Shown: positions 38,258-47,272 of the stretch, piece after piece | Position numbering within the stretch: position 1 is the first letter of the stretch | Layout of the letters: the number at the start of each line of letters is the position of its first letter | Source: Gammaproteobacteria bacterium | GTDB lineage: Bacteria > Pseudomonadota > Gammaproteobacteria > Ga0077536 | Direction of reading: 5' to 3' | Assembly: GCA_030830685.1 (NCBI GenBank) | Contig: JAURMM010000021.1 | Coordinates: 2,462 to 66,461, forward strand | DNA: 64,000 nt | Notes under the pieces: model-generated | The model's input: the letters and a program-made list of their open reading frames with translations, nothing else | Database searches by the model: none | What the model was told of the DNA's origin: nothing | Program-made: the position numbers and the translations under genes

Positions 38258-38766
38258 GTCGCCTCGCGATTCTTGAATACCCGGATATCCGCCTGCGCGA
38301 CCAGGCCGTTCCTGTCACCGATTTCGGGGGCGCGCTGCACGAGCTGGTGGACGATATGTTCGAGACCCTGCGCGCGAGCCGCGCCATCGGGCTGGCCGCC
38401 CCGCAAGTAGGCTACAACCAACGCATCGTGGTGGTGGATGCGTCAGGAACCGGGAACGCTCCCACGCTGTTCATCAACCCCCGCATCACGGCGCGGCATT
38501 TATGGGCCGTGATCGAAGAGAGCTGCCTCTCTGTACCGGGGCTTGAGGGACGCGTCAAACGATGCCTGCGTGTGACGGTCGAGGCACAGGACAGACACGG
38601 CAGGCCTTTCACGCGTCATCTCGAAGACATGGAGGCTGTGGTCGTCCAGCACGAGCTGGATCATCTGGAAGGCGTGTTGTTTGTCGACCGGTTACCGCTG
38701 TTGCGACAGCTTGTCTGGCGCTGGAAAAACCGGCACGTGGCGGAGCCAGGACGCGTCAGCGCCTGA
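38254..38766 (+). CDS. def: Peptide deformylase
   Basis: All three motifs are present: GLAAPQVG, EESCLSVPG (an EGCLS variant), and QHELDHLEG. The ATG overlaps the pucC stop (ATGA at 38254-38257). No fmt gene is adjacent. Confidence 0.9.
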   Translation: MSRLAILEYPDIRLRDQAVPVTDFGGALHELVDDMFETLRASRAIGLAAPQVGYNQRIVVVDASGTGNAPTLFINPRITARHLWAVIEESCLSVPGLEGRVKRCLRVTVEAQDRHGRPFTRHLEDMEAVVVQHELDHLEGVLFVDRLPLLRQLVWRWKNRHVAEPGRVSA

Positions 38767-39005
38767 CCCCGCAACAACTCTCTCAAACCACTTCGTCCAA
38801 AGGTCCCGGCTCAGCGAAGCGTCGCAGCACGTTCGCGAGGTTTCCCTGCTCGTTCTATACCCCATGCAGCGTCATCCGGAATGCGGTTGAGAGGATCGCA
38901 TCGATGATCCGCAATCAGCATGCCGTGCGCCTCCACCGGCGAATCAGAGGCTCAAGTCCAGCCGATGCAGTGGTGGGCCATTTCTAGAGAATTCGCTCCA
39001 ATGCC

Positions 39006-39782
39006 TCAACGTGTCGGCAAGGTACGCCGCTGATGATGGGCACGCACCGCGTCCCCAAACGCAGTGAATAACCTGACCGAATCTGGATTCGCGTGCGCCT
39101 TGTACTCCGGATGCCATTGGGTCCCGAGCGTGAAATGGCACGCACCGCGCACGCTCACGGCCTCGATGACTCCATCAGGTGCCAAAGCTTCAACCTGCAG
39201 CGAATCGGCGAGCCTCGCGATGCCTTGTCTGTGCAGGGAATTGACGATGATCTCCTCCCTTTGCAGGACCCCTGCAAGAAAACCTCCAGCCAACATACGT
39301 ACCGGATGAACCGGCCGAAAGCGTTCATCCATGCTGCCGTGGTCAGGCTCCCGATGATCCAGACGACCCTCTCTGCGTTGCAGTTCGGTCTCCAGCGTGC
39401 CGCCCAGTGCCACATTCAGTTCCTGAAAGCCCCGGCAGATGCAGAACATCGGCATTTTGCGGGCCAGACAGCGGCGAATGAGCTCAAGACTCAGGTTGTC
39501 CCGCAGCGGATCGTAGGGTTCGTGATCGACACTTGGGGCTTCCCCGTAGTGCGGTGGATGTACGTTGGACACGGCCCCCGTCATCAGCACACCATCCAGG
39601 TGTTCGAGCACGCTGTCGATATCAAAGGCATCGGCCATGGCGGGGATCATGACCGGAATGCAGCGCGACACCTCCGCCACGGCACGCATGTATTTGTCAC
39701 CAATCGAGTGGTAGAGGTAACCCTCCTCGTCCCATGTGTCCGCAGGAAGGCCCACCAGAGGCTTATTTGGAATGTGTTGCAT
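39006..39782 (-). CDS. Gamma-glutamyl-GABA hydrolase-like class I glutamine amidotransferase (peptidase C26)
   Basis: The motif MPMFCICRGFQELNVALGGTL contains the nucleophile Cys, and GTQWHPEY contains the His. The family is PuuD-like. Confidence 0.8.
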   Translation of the reverse strand: MQHIPNKPLVGLPADTWDEEGYLYHSIGDKYMRAVAEVSRCIPVMIPAMADAFDIDSVLEHLDGVLMTGAVSNVHPPHYGEAPSVDHEPYDPLRDNLSLELIRRCLARKMPMFCICRGFQELNVALGGTLETELQRREGRLDHREPDHGSMDERFRPVHPVRMLAGGFLAGVLQREEIIVNSLHRQGIARLADSLQVEALAPDGVIEAVSVRGACHFTLGTQWHPEYKAHANPDSVRLFTAFGDAVRAHHQRRTLPTR

Positions 39783-39796
39783 GACTGTCGAGCGGT

Positions 39797-40006
39797 TCAG
39801 TTGAATCTTTCTTTGTTGATGACAGAGGCAATGTATATTCCCAGCGGCCGGGCGACCTCACGTTTGGTGCTGGGACACGCAACCGTCTCTGCGATAAGAG
39901 CGCGCTCGAAGCGCTGCACCCGCGCGCGCAGCGCTACGTTGAGGTTCGGGCGAGGGCGGTAGCGTCTAATTTTAAATCTGCCACAGCCACGGATCTCACC
40001 AGCCAT
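39797..40006 (-). pseudogene. Possible remnant of a Fis-type HTH regulator C-terminus
   Basis: The 69-aa ORF ends with FERALIAETVACPSTKREVARPLGIYIASVINK. This loosely resembles the C-terminal Fis-type HTH of NtrC-family activators. No upstream domains are present, and it sits at the edge of the lower-GC islet. Confidence 0.3.
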
Positions 40007-40060
40007 CCCACTGGGTTACTGGGACCGGTCAGCCGGATAGCCACCACGCTACCGAGTGGT

Positions 40061-40459
40061 GTGTGGCAGTGTCAGTTAGCCGGCAGTCTGGGCTATGGCG
40101 GCTGTGACTTGCTGGATTATGTAGGCAATGCACGCTTGGTCCTTGATGGAACTAAGGACCAATATAGCTTTGGTCATCTTGTCCACAAAAGTAGTGTCTA
40201 TTACACGCTCAGAGTGCAAGGATCGTCTTCCTCTTGTCAGGCAATCATTGATCCGACGGGGAGCAAGTACACCATGAACAGGTCCCAACGGGGTATGTTG
40301 CGGTTAACTTATACGTGCGGCACTGAACCGGCATATTCCGTGCAATGGAGCTTTCTGCTTGATAACGCGAGCAACAGCGCCTACCTCACAGTGGACGGCA
40401 CGACCCAGAACGGCGGACGGCCTGGGCACCTTGGTGAGGGGCAATGTCGCCGACTCTGA
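40061..40459 (+). CDS. Hypothetical protein (lower-GC, Cys-containing, no recognised family)
   Basis: 132-aa ORF in a stretch that is visibly AT-richer than the rest of the window. I recognise no motif, and its coding status is uncertain. Confidence 0.3.
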   Translation: MWQCQLAGSLGYGGCDLLDYVGNARLVLDGTKDQYSFGHLVHKSSVYYTLRVQGSSSSCQAIIDPTGSKYTMNRSQRGMLRLTYTCGTEPAYSVQWSFLLDNASNSAYLTVDGTTQNGGRPGHLGEGQCRRL

Positions 40460-40666
40460 GTTGGCAGAAGATCAGCATCCAGTCTGTATAACGTGGTAAC
40501 TGGCTCATTGCGCTCGCGAAGGCTGAGCCGCGTTAACTGCTGCAAGTATTTCCCAGCCTTGCGTTCCAAAGAGCTCGGCTGGACGGCCTTTGGTGTGTCT
40601 TGATGCCAAGCCAGCAACAGATCAATCGACTGCTCGCCAACCGCCACAAACACCCCATGGCCGATA

Positions 40667-40688
40667 CTCCCCGGAAAAGCCCGGGGAG
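40667..40688 (-). terminator. Hairpin downstream of the PAS gene
   Basis: On the minus strand, CTCCCCGG-GCTTTT-CCGGGGAG forms a perfect 8-bp stem about 58 nt after the PAS gene stop. There is no clear U-run. Confidence 0.35.
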
Positions 40689-40745
40689 GCGCGCCGATGA
40701 GGTGAATGTTGTGGTGGGAGAACTAGGCCGCAGGAGTGTCGGGAT

Positions 40746-41144
40746 TCAGAGGCCGGACACCTCTCGCTGGATAGCAATCCACCCACTGATCTTCGAGCCG
40801 TTTTTCACCGGCAGCACGCGCCAGTGCATGATGAAGGGTGTCTTGTCCTTCTTGTAGTTGATGGCGCGGCCTTCGAAAGTCTTGCCCGTTTCCAGAGCCT
40901 GCCTCAGCCGGTTGATCACGCTCTGGTCCGTCGCTGGTCCCTGCAGGATACGGGGCGTTTTTCCGATGGCCTCTTCCTTCGTGTATCCCGTCAGCTTCTT
41001 GAACGCATTGTTGGCGTACATGATCTTGCCAGCAGGCGTGGCATCGGTAATCAGGATGGAGTCGAAGCTGTTGTCGGCCAGCACTTTCAGCAGCGTCAGC
41101 GTGGCCTTGCCATCAGACAGCACCTTGTCGATTGATATGCCCAT
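40746..41144 (-). CDS. Stand-alone LOV-like PAS domain protein lacking the adduct-forming cysteine
   Basis: The 132-aa sequence ILITDATPAGKIMYANNAFKKLTGYTKEEAIGKTPRILQGPATDQSVINRLRQALETGKTFEGRAINYKKDKTPFIMHWRVLPVKNGSKISGWIAIQREVS aligns along its whole length with LOV domains (YtvA GKNCRFLQGKHTD ... NYKKDGTMFW ... GIQNDIT; phototropin GRNCRFLQGPETD). GAGGAA lies 3 nt before the ATG. Confidence 0.75.
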   Translation of the reverse strand: MGISIDKVLSDGKATLTLLKVLADNSFDSILITDATPAGKIMYANNAFKKLTGYTKEEAIGKTPRILQGPATDQSVINRLRQALETGKTFEGRAINYKKDKTPFIMHWRVLPVKNGSKISGWIAIQREVSGL

Positions 41145-41260
41145 GAGACTTTCCTCGGTTATGAATTTGAATACCGAGCCACAGCGTAGTGGTTTGAGGA
41201 CGGAATCACCATTCTGGCGTCCGGGAGGAGTGCTGGGGAAGCACGCAGAGACGATGGAGC

Positions 41261-41336
<76 letters not shown>

Positions 41337-41363
41337 TGAATCCAGGGAATCATCGAAGATGAA

Positions 41364-41440
41364 TGGGGCGAGCGATGGGGATCGAACCCACGACACCAGG
41401 TACCACAAACCTGTGCTCTACCAACTGAGCTACGCCCGCC
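41364..41440 (-). tRNA. tRNA-His (GUG)
   Basis: The reverse complement is GGCGGGCGTAGCTCAGTTGGTAGAGCACAGGTTTGTGGTACCTGGTGTCGTGGGTTCGATCCCCATCGCTCGCCCCA, with anticodon GTG. The extra 5' G(-1) opposite C73 is typical of tRNA-His. Confidence 0.9.
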
Positions 41441-41528
41441 ATTGAATCTTCATTCAGTCTGCGGAAATGTCCGGGCCGGGATTCAAAGCCCGCCCGACTC
41501 CGGGGCCTTGGCCCTCCAGGCGAAGCGG

Positions 41529-41605
41529 TGGCGCGCCTGGCAGGATTCGAACCTGCTACCCTCGGCTTAGAAGGCCGATGCTCTATCCGAATGAGCTACA
41601 GGCGC
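41529..41605 (-). tRNA. tRNA-Arg (UCU)
   Basis: The reverse complement is GCGCCTGTAGCTCATTCGGATAGAGCATCGGCCTTCTAAGCCGAGGGTAGCAGGTTCGAATCCTGCCAGGCGCGCCA, with anticodon TCT. Confidence 0.9.
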
Positions 41606-41660
41606 ATTTCAAACCCGGGCCAACCCTTGGTCAACCAATCGTCGTTGCGGTGGGAAATTT

Positions 41661-41737
<77 letters not shown>

Positions 41738-41910
41738 TGCCGACCTTTCAGGGCACCTGCCCGACGAAAGGACGGGCATAATACGCAGCGGGTGTCACAG
41801 GGTCAATTGCACCAGCGCCTCCAGAGGCTTCGCCGCCGCGCTCCTCAGCTTGCACGTTCACACGCCATCCCTCACGATCAACGGCCATCCCAGTCACGAG
41901 CATCCTGCCC

Positions 41911-42414
41911 ATGTCCTCACCCCAAGTCCGCATCACCACCAACAAGGGCGACATCACCTTGGAACTCGACCCCAAGGCCGCCCCGGATACCGTCGCCAAC
42001 TTCCTGCAGTACGTGGCTGACGATTTCTACAGCGGCACCATTTTCCATCGGGTGATCAATGGCTTCATGATTCAAGGTGGTGGTCTGACGGAGAACATGG
42101 ATCAGAAACAGACGGGCGCGCCGGTTAAGAACGAGGCCGACAACGGGCTCTCCAATACGGTCGGAACCGTCGCCATGGCGCGTACCAATGACCCGCACTC
42201 CGCCACGGCCCAGTTCTTCATCAATGTCTCCGACAATCTCTTTCTCGACCATCGCGCCAAGACTGCTGATGGCTGGGGTTATTGCGTATTCGGCCGGGTC
42301 GTGGCCGGCATGGAGGTCGTCAACGCAATCAAGGGTGTGAGCACCACCCGCAGCGGCTACATGCAGGATGTGCCGGCCGAGGCCATCATCATGACGAGCG
42401 TAACCCTGGTCTGA
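41911..42414 (+). CDS. ppiB: Peptidyl-prolyl cis-trans isomerase (cyclophilin type)
   Basis: The motifs [14 protein letters not shown] ... [21 protein letters not shown] form the cyclophilin signature. Confidence 0.95.
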   Translation: MSSPQVRITTNKGDITLELDPKAAPDTVANFLQYVADDFYSGTIFHRVINGFMIQGGGLTENMDQKQTGAPVKNEADNGLSNTVGTVAMARTNDPHSATAQFFINVSDNLFLDHRAKTADGWGYCVFGRVVAGMEVVNAIKGVSTTRSGYMQDVPAEAIIMTSVTLV

Positions 42415-42421
42415 TCCGGGC

Positions 42422-43165
42422 ATGTCCCGCGCGCTCTTTGCTTCCGACCTGCATCTGTGCGCAACACGTCCGGGCCGGGCGGAACAATTCTTCGCCCTGC
42501 TGGCCAGGGCCCCCGGCAACGTTGATGCGCTCTACCTGCTGGGGGATCTGGTCGAGTTCTGGCCGGGGGATGATGATGACGATCCTCTGCACCGGCGGCT
42601 GATTCAGGCCCTTCGAACTCTGACCGGGCGTGGCGTCCACCTCGGCGTGATGACCGGCAATCGCGACTTCCTCATGCAGTCGCGGTTCGCTGCGGAAACC
42701 GGGGCGGAGCTGCTGCCGGATTACCATCGCATCGTGCTGGCCGGAGTGCCGACCCTGCTCACGCACGGGGATCTGCTCTGCACGCGGGATCTCCAGTACC
42801 TGCAGTTCAGGCAGACGGTACGGGCGCCTGCACGCCAGGCCCAGTTTCTGAACCTGCCATTGGCCGAGCGTCGTCGTATCGCGACCGAAACCCGTGCCGG
42901 CACCCAGCAGTCCATGAGCGCCAAGGATGACTACATCATGGATGCCGAGGAACTCGAGGTCGTCAGAGTAATGCGCCTGCAGGATGTACCGCGCTTGATC
43001 CATGGGCACACCCACCGACCAGCCATTCACTCATTTGAGCTTGAGGGCAGGTGTTACGAACGGGTTGTGCTCGGCGACTGGTACGAAGGTGATCTGGTCT
43101 ACATGAGCCAGCCGACCGGCAATCAGCTCGTCTCCGCGCACACCTTGCTGACTTCCTGGGCCTGA
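42422..43165 (+). CDS. lpxH: UDP-2,3-diacylglucosamine diphosphatase
   Basis: The sequence LFASDLHLC ... LYLLGDLVEFW ... GNRDFL ... THGDLLCTRD contains calcineurin-like metallophosphoesterase motifs in LpxH order. The ppiB-lpxH adjacency matches E. coli. Confidence 0.9.
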   Translation: MSRALFASDLHLCATRPGRAEQFFALLARAPGNVDALYLLGDLVEFWPGDDDDDPLHRRLIQALRTLTGRGVHLGVMTGNRDFLMQSRFAAETGAELLPDYHRIVLAGVPTLLTHGDLLCTRDLQYLQFRQTVRAPARQAQFLNLPLAERRRIATETRAGTQQSMSAKDDYIMDAEELEVVRVMRLQDVPRLIHGHTHRPAIHSFELEGRCYERVVLGDWYEGDLVYMSQPTGNQLVSAHTLLTSWA

Positions 43166-43171
43166 GCGGCT

Positions 43172-43765
43172 TCAAGGCCGCGGTGCGCGGGACAGCTGTT
43201 GCGTAAGGATTGCCGCGCGCAGCCTGATCCAGTCGAAACACGGACCTGGATCCGTCTTGCGACCCGGCGCGATATCGGAATGACCGACGATGCGCGCAGG
43301 CGTGATGCGCGGGTATACCTGCATCAGTGCGGCGCACAGCGCGCGCAGCGCTGCATACTGGGCATCCGTGAACGGCGTCTCATCCGTTCCCTCCAACTCG
43401 ATACCGATCGACCGGTGGTTACACCCTTCCTGCCCACCGAAAGACGAAACGCCCGCATGCCAGGCACGGGCCTGAAGCGGCACGTATTGCGTCAGTGCGC
43501 CACCGCGGTCAATCAGGAAATGGGCCGAGACCCGCAGCATCCCAAGCCCTGCCAGCCTGGGATCCTCGGCCGTATCGAGCGCATTGGTGAACAAGGCGTC
43601 GATGCAACTACCTCCGAACTGCCCGGGCGGCAAGCTGATGGCGTGCACCACGATCATGTCCACCTCGGCAGTTCCCACACGCTCATCCTGATTGGGCGAA
43701 GGAATCCTGCGTGCAGTGCTGTGCCATCCGTTGCTGAAGAGCAGCGGGGTCAATCCCTCATTCAT
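43172..43765 (-). CDS. ampD: 1,6-anhydro-N-acetylmuramyl-L-alanine amidase
   Basis: The amidase_2 fold reads SPNQDERV ... IVVHAISLPPGQFGG ... VSAHFLIDRGG ... RAWHAGVS ... VGHSDIAPGRKTDPG. Confidence 0.9.
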   Translation of the reverse strand: MNEGLTPLLFSNGWHSTARRIPSPNQDERVGTAEVDMIVVHAISLPPGQFGGSCIDALFTNALDTAEDPRLAGLGMLRVSAHFLIDRGGALTQYVPLQARAWHAGVSSFGGQEGCNHRSIGIELEGTDETPFTDAQYAALRALCAALMQVYPRITPARIVGHSDIAPGRKTDPGPCFDWIRLRAAILTQQLSRAPRP

Positions 43766-43863
43766 GGGCTCATGCGTCCTGGGCTATAGTGCGCCTCGTT
43801 CGATTATCGGGCGCTGCCGCACGCAGCGCCATCAGCCAAGGCCAGACCGCACAGGATTCTAGC

Positions 43864-44736
43864 ATGTCATCTTCCCTCTTCGATCGCGCCGCCACCCGGA
43901 TGGACTATTTCGCGGATCTCGGGGAGAGCGTCAGGCTGGCCATGACAGAAGATCTCGGCAGTGGCGATCTCACGGCCACCCTGATTCAGCCAGACCGCCA
44001 GGCACACGCGTCCGTCATCATCCGCGAGGAAGCAATCCTGTGCGGCACCCGCTGGTTCGATGCAGTTTACGAAGCGGTAGATCCTACGGTGCGGATACAG
44101 TGGCATGCCCGAGACGGTGACCGGGTCCTGGCCGGTGCACTCTTGTGCGAACTCTCCGGCAGCGCACGCACACTGGTCAGCGGTGAGCGCGCGGCCCTCA
44201 ACTTCCTGCAGAGTCTGTCCGGGACCGCCACCGTCACGGCGCGCTATGTGGCACAGCTGGCCGGCAGCTCAACGCGGCTGCTGGATACTCGAAAAACCAT
44301 CCCTGGCCTGCGCCGCGCCCAGAAATACGCAGTGAAATGCGGTGGAGGATTCAATCATCGGGCGGGACTGCACGACGGGATTCTCATCAAGGAAAACCAC
44401 ATCAGCGCTGCCGGTGGCGTCCGGGCCGCCATTTATGCGCTGCGCGCGACCGGCACGCAGGTGCCGATTGAAGTGGAGGTGGAGACACTCGTGCAGATCG
44501 AAGAGGCCATCGCAGCGGGCGCGGACATGCTCTTGCTGGACAACTTCTCGCTTGCAGAGATGCGCCAGGCGGTGACACTGGCCGCGGGTCGCGTGCCGCT
44601 GGAGGCTTCTGGCGGTTTCGACTTTGACGATCTGCCGGCGGTTGCGGCGACCGGCGTCGATTATGTGTCGGTCGGCGCGCTGACCAAGCATCTGCGCGCG
44701 GTCGATCTCTCCATGCGGATCAGTGGATTCGCCTGA
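43864..44736 (+). CDS. nadC: Nicotinate-nucleotide diphosphorylase (carboxylating)
   Basis: The sequence EDLGSGDLTATLI ... LLDTRKTIPGLR ... KYAVKCGGGFNHR ... MLLLDNF is the QPRTase signature. The start is set to ATG 43864. Confidence 0.9.
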   Translation: MSSSLFDRAATRMDYFADLGESVRLAMTEDLGSGDLTATLIQPDRQAHASVIIREEAILCGTRWFDAVYEAVDPTVRIQWHARDGDRVLAGALLCELSGSARTLVSGERAALNFLQSLSGTATVTARYVAQLAGSSTRLLDTRKTIPGLRRAQKYAVKCGGGFNHRAGLHDGILIKENHISAAGGVRAAIYALRATGTQVPIEVEVETLVQIEEAIAAGADMLLLDNFSLAEMRQAVTLAAGRVPLEASGGFDFDDLPAVAATGVDYVSVGALTKHLRAVDLSMRISGFA

Positions 44737-44812
44737 CCCTCGTTCACACTACAGCGTGACGGCGGGGGACTGAAGGCTGCCCTCGCCCCGCGCGCACCCC
44801 ACCAAAGACTGC

Positions 44813-47182
44813 TCAGGCCGTGCGATTGGCCAAATCGATCCAGGTCTCCACCACCGTGTCCGGGTTGAGCGAGATGCTCTCGATCCCCTGCTCCAGCAAC
44901 CAGGCCGCGAGATCCTCGTGGTCCGAGGGGCCCTGGCCACAGATGCCGATGTACTTGCCTGCCTTGCGGCAGGCGGCGATGGCACGTGACATCAGGAATT
45001 TCACCGCCTCGTTACGTTCGTCGAAGAGGTGCGCTACCAGGCCAGAATCGCGATCCAGTCCCAGGGTCAGCTGGGTGAGGTCATTGGAACCGATGGAGAA
45101 CCCGTCAAAATGCTGCAGGAATGACTCCGCAAGGAGCGCATTCGAGGGCAGTTCACACATCATGATGACTTTCAGGCCGTTCTCCCCCCGCTTCAGGCCA
45201 TGCTTCTCCAGCAGGGCAACAACCTCGGCGGCTTCATCCGGTGTGCGGACGAAGGGCACCATCACCTCGACGTTGGTCAGACCCATCTGATCGCGAACGC
45301 GCTTGAGCGCCTCGCATTCCATCGCGAAGCAGGCGCGGAAGGAATCAGCCACGTATCGTGAGGCACCGCGGAAGCCGAGCATCGGATTTTCTTCGTGAGG
45401 CTCGTACACCTGGCCGCCGATGAGGTTCGCGTACTCGTTGGACTTGAAGTCAGACATGCGCACGATCACCGGATGCGGTGCGAATGCAGCGGCGATGGTC
45501 GCGATGCCTTCTGTCAGGCGGGTCACGAAAAACTCCCGCGGTGACGGATAGGCCTGCACATGCGGGGCGATGGTCGCCTTGAGCTCCGCCGCCAGGGAGT
45601 CGTATTCGAGCAAGGCGCGCGGATGGATGCCGATCATGCGGTTGATGATGAACTCCAGCCGGGCCAGCCCTACCCCCTTGTTCGGCAGATTCGCAAACGC
45701 GAATGCTCGGTCAGGATTGCCGACATTCATCATGATCTTCACCGGGATTTCCGGCATGGCGTTGAGTTCAATCTGGCGCTGTGCGAAGGGCAGATTGCCC
45801 GCATATACAAAGCCCGTATCGCCCTCGGCGCAGGAGACAGTAACTTCTTCGCCATCCGTGAGCCGGGAGGTGGCATCACCGCAGCCGACTACCGCAGGTA
45901 CCCCGAGTTCTCGCGCAATGATGGCGGCATGGCAAGTGCGTCCACCACGGTTGGTGACGATTGCGGCCGCCCGCTTCATCACAGGCTCCCAGTCCGGATC
46001 CGTCATGTCCGTCACCAACACATCGCCATCACGGAGATCGGCCATCGTAGACAAATCCGTGATCACGCGGGCCACACCGGCGCCGATTCTCTGCCCGATA
46101 CTGCGTCCTTCCACCAACACCTTGCCCCGCTGCTGCAAGTCGAATCGCTCGATGATCTGGCTGTTGCGGCTCTGTACGGTTTCCGGCCGCGCCTGCACCA
46201 CATAGAGCTTTCCATCCAGCCCATCGCGCGCCCACTCTATATCCATGGGACGCCCGTAATGATCCTCGATGAGCATGGCGAGCTTCGCAAGCTCCTCGGC
46301 TTCCTCATCGGTGATGGAGAAGCGCTGGCGATCTGATTCAGGTACCTCATTGGTGACCACGGAATGCCCATCGGCGCGGCCACTCGAGTAGCCCATCCGC
46401 ATGTGTTTGCTGCCAAGGTTGCGCCGGAGAACGGCGGGCCGACCTGCGCGGAGGCTGGTTTTGTAGACGTAGAACTCATCGGGGTTGACGGCACCCTGCA
46501 CCACCAGCTCACCGAGGCCGTAGCTTGCGGTGATGAAGACCACATCGCGGAATCCGGACTCCGTATCCAGAGTGAACATCACCCCACTGGCACCGATATC
46601 ACTGCGCACCATGCGCTGGATTCCGGCAGAAAGGGCAACCTTGTGGTGATCGAACCCGTGATGCACGCGATAGGAGATGGCGCGGTCGTTGAAGAGAGAA
46701 GCGAAGACATCCTTGATGCGGCGCTTGACCTCGTCGATCCCGGTGATATTGAGATAGGTTTCCTGCTGGCCTGCGAAGGAGGCTGTGGGCAGATCTTCCG
46801 CCGTGGCTGAGGAGCGCACCGCAACGGAAAAGCCATCACCTGACCCTGCGCTCATGGTGGCGTAGGCATCATCGATGGCCCTCTCGAGCGCCGGCTGCAG
46901 CGGCGTCTCGACAACCCACTGGCGGATCTCGCGACCAGCCGCCGCAAGCGCTATCACATCATTGGTATCGAGCGTCTCGAGGCGGCGCTTGATGCGCTCT
47001 GCGAGACCGCCCTGATCGAGAAAATCCTGGAATGCGACGGAGGTCGTGGCAAAGCCACCGGGAACACGCACACCCGCCTGGCTCAGGTGCCGGATCATCT
47101 CGCCGAGCGAGGCATTCTTGCCCCCCACCCGATCGATCTGGTCCATACCGGTCTGGTCGAGGCTGACGATATAATCGCTCAT
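44813..47182 (-). CDS. ppsA: Phosphoenolpyruvate synthase
   Basis: 789 aa. It has [29 protein letters not shown], the phospho-His region [17 protein letters not shown], and a C-terminal PEP-utilising TIM barrel. Confidence 0.95.
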   Translation of the reverse strand: MSDYIVSLDQTGMDQIDRVGGKNASLGEMIRHLSQAGVRVPGGFATTSVAFQDFLDQGGLAERIKRRLETLDTNDVIALAAAGREIRQWVVETPLQPALERAIDDAYATMSAGSGDGFSVAVRSSATAEDLPTASFAGQQETYLNITGIDEVKRRIKDVFASLFNDRAISYRVHHGFDHHKVALSAGIQRMVRSDIGASGVMFTLDTESGFRDVVFITASYGLGELVVQGAVNPDEFYVYKTSLRAGRPAVLRRNLGSKHMRMGYSSGRADGHSVVTNEVPESDRQRFSITDEEAEELAKLAMLIEDHYGRPMDIEWARDGLDGKLYVVQARPETVQSRNSQIIERFDLQQRGKVLVEGRSIGQRIGAGVARVITDLSTMADLRDGDVLVTDMTDPDWEPVMKRAAAIVTNRGGRTCHAAIIARELGVPAVVGCGDATSRLTDGEEVTVSCAEGDTGFVYAGNLPFAQRQIELNAMPEIPVKIMMNVGNPDRAFAFANLPNKGVGLARLEFIINRMIGIHPRALLEYDSLAAELKATIAPHVQAYPSPREFFVTRLTEGIATIAAAFAPHPVIVRMSDFKSNEYANLIGGQVYEPHEENPMLGFRGASRYVADSFRACFAMECEALKRVRDQMGLTNVEVMVPFVRTPDEAAEVVALLEKHGLKRGENGLKVIMMCELPSNALLAESFLQHFDGFSIGSNDLTQLTLGLDRDSGLVAHLFDERNEAVKFLMSRAIAACRKAGKYIGICGQGPSDHEDLAAWLLEQGIESISLNPDTVVETWIDLANRTA

Positions 47183-47272
47183 GCGGATTCCTGCTGCTTT
47201 TCGCTGGGGTCGGAAGAAGCGTGGATTCTACCCGACTCACCGCCTTCCGCTAAATCAGAGGCTCACCCATTC

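Noticed and set aside
38767-39005. The convergent intergenic region after def, including a 37-codon minus-strand ORF (MLIADHRCDPLNRIPDD...) and a CATCGATG palindrome.
   Set aside because: It is too short and has no recognisable motif, ribosome-binding site or terminator. It cannot be supported as a gene or an RNA from sequence alone.
40381-40653. A 90-aa minus-strand ORF in the lower-GC islet, examined as a possible integrase or transposase relic beside the tRNA cluster.
   Set aside because: I could not match it to tyrosine-recombinase or transposase motifs (no R..H..RH..Y context). It also overlaps the 3' end of the plus-strand orphan ORF. I left it unannotated and flagged the region as an islet only.
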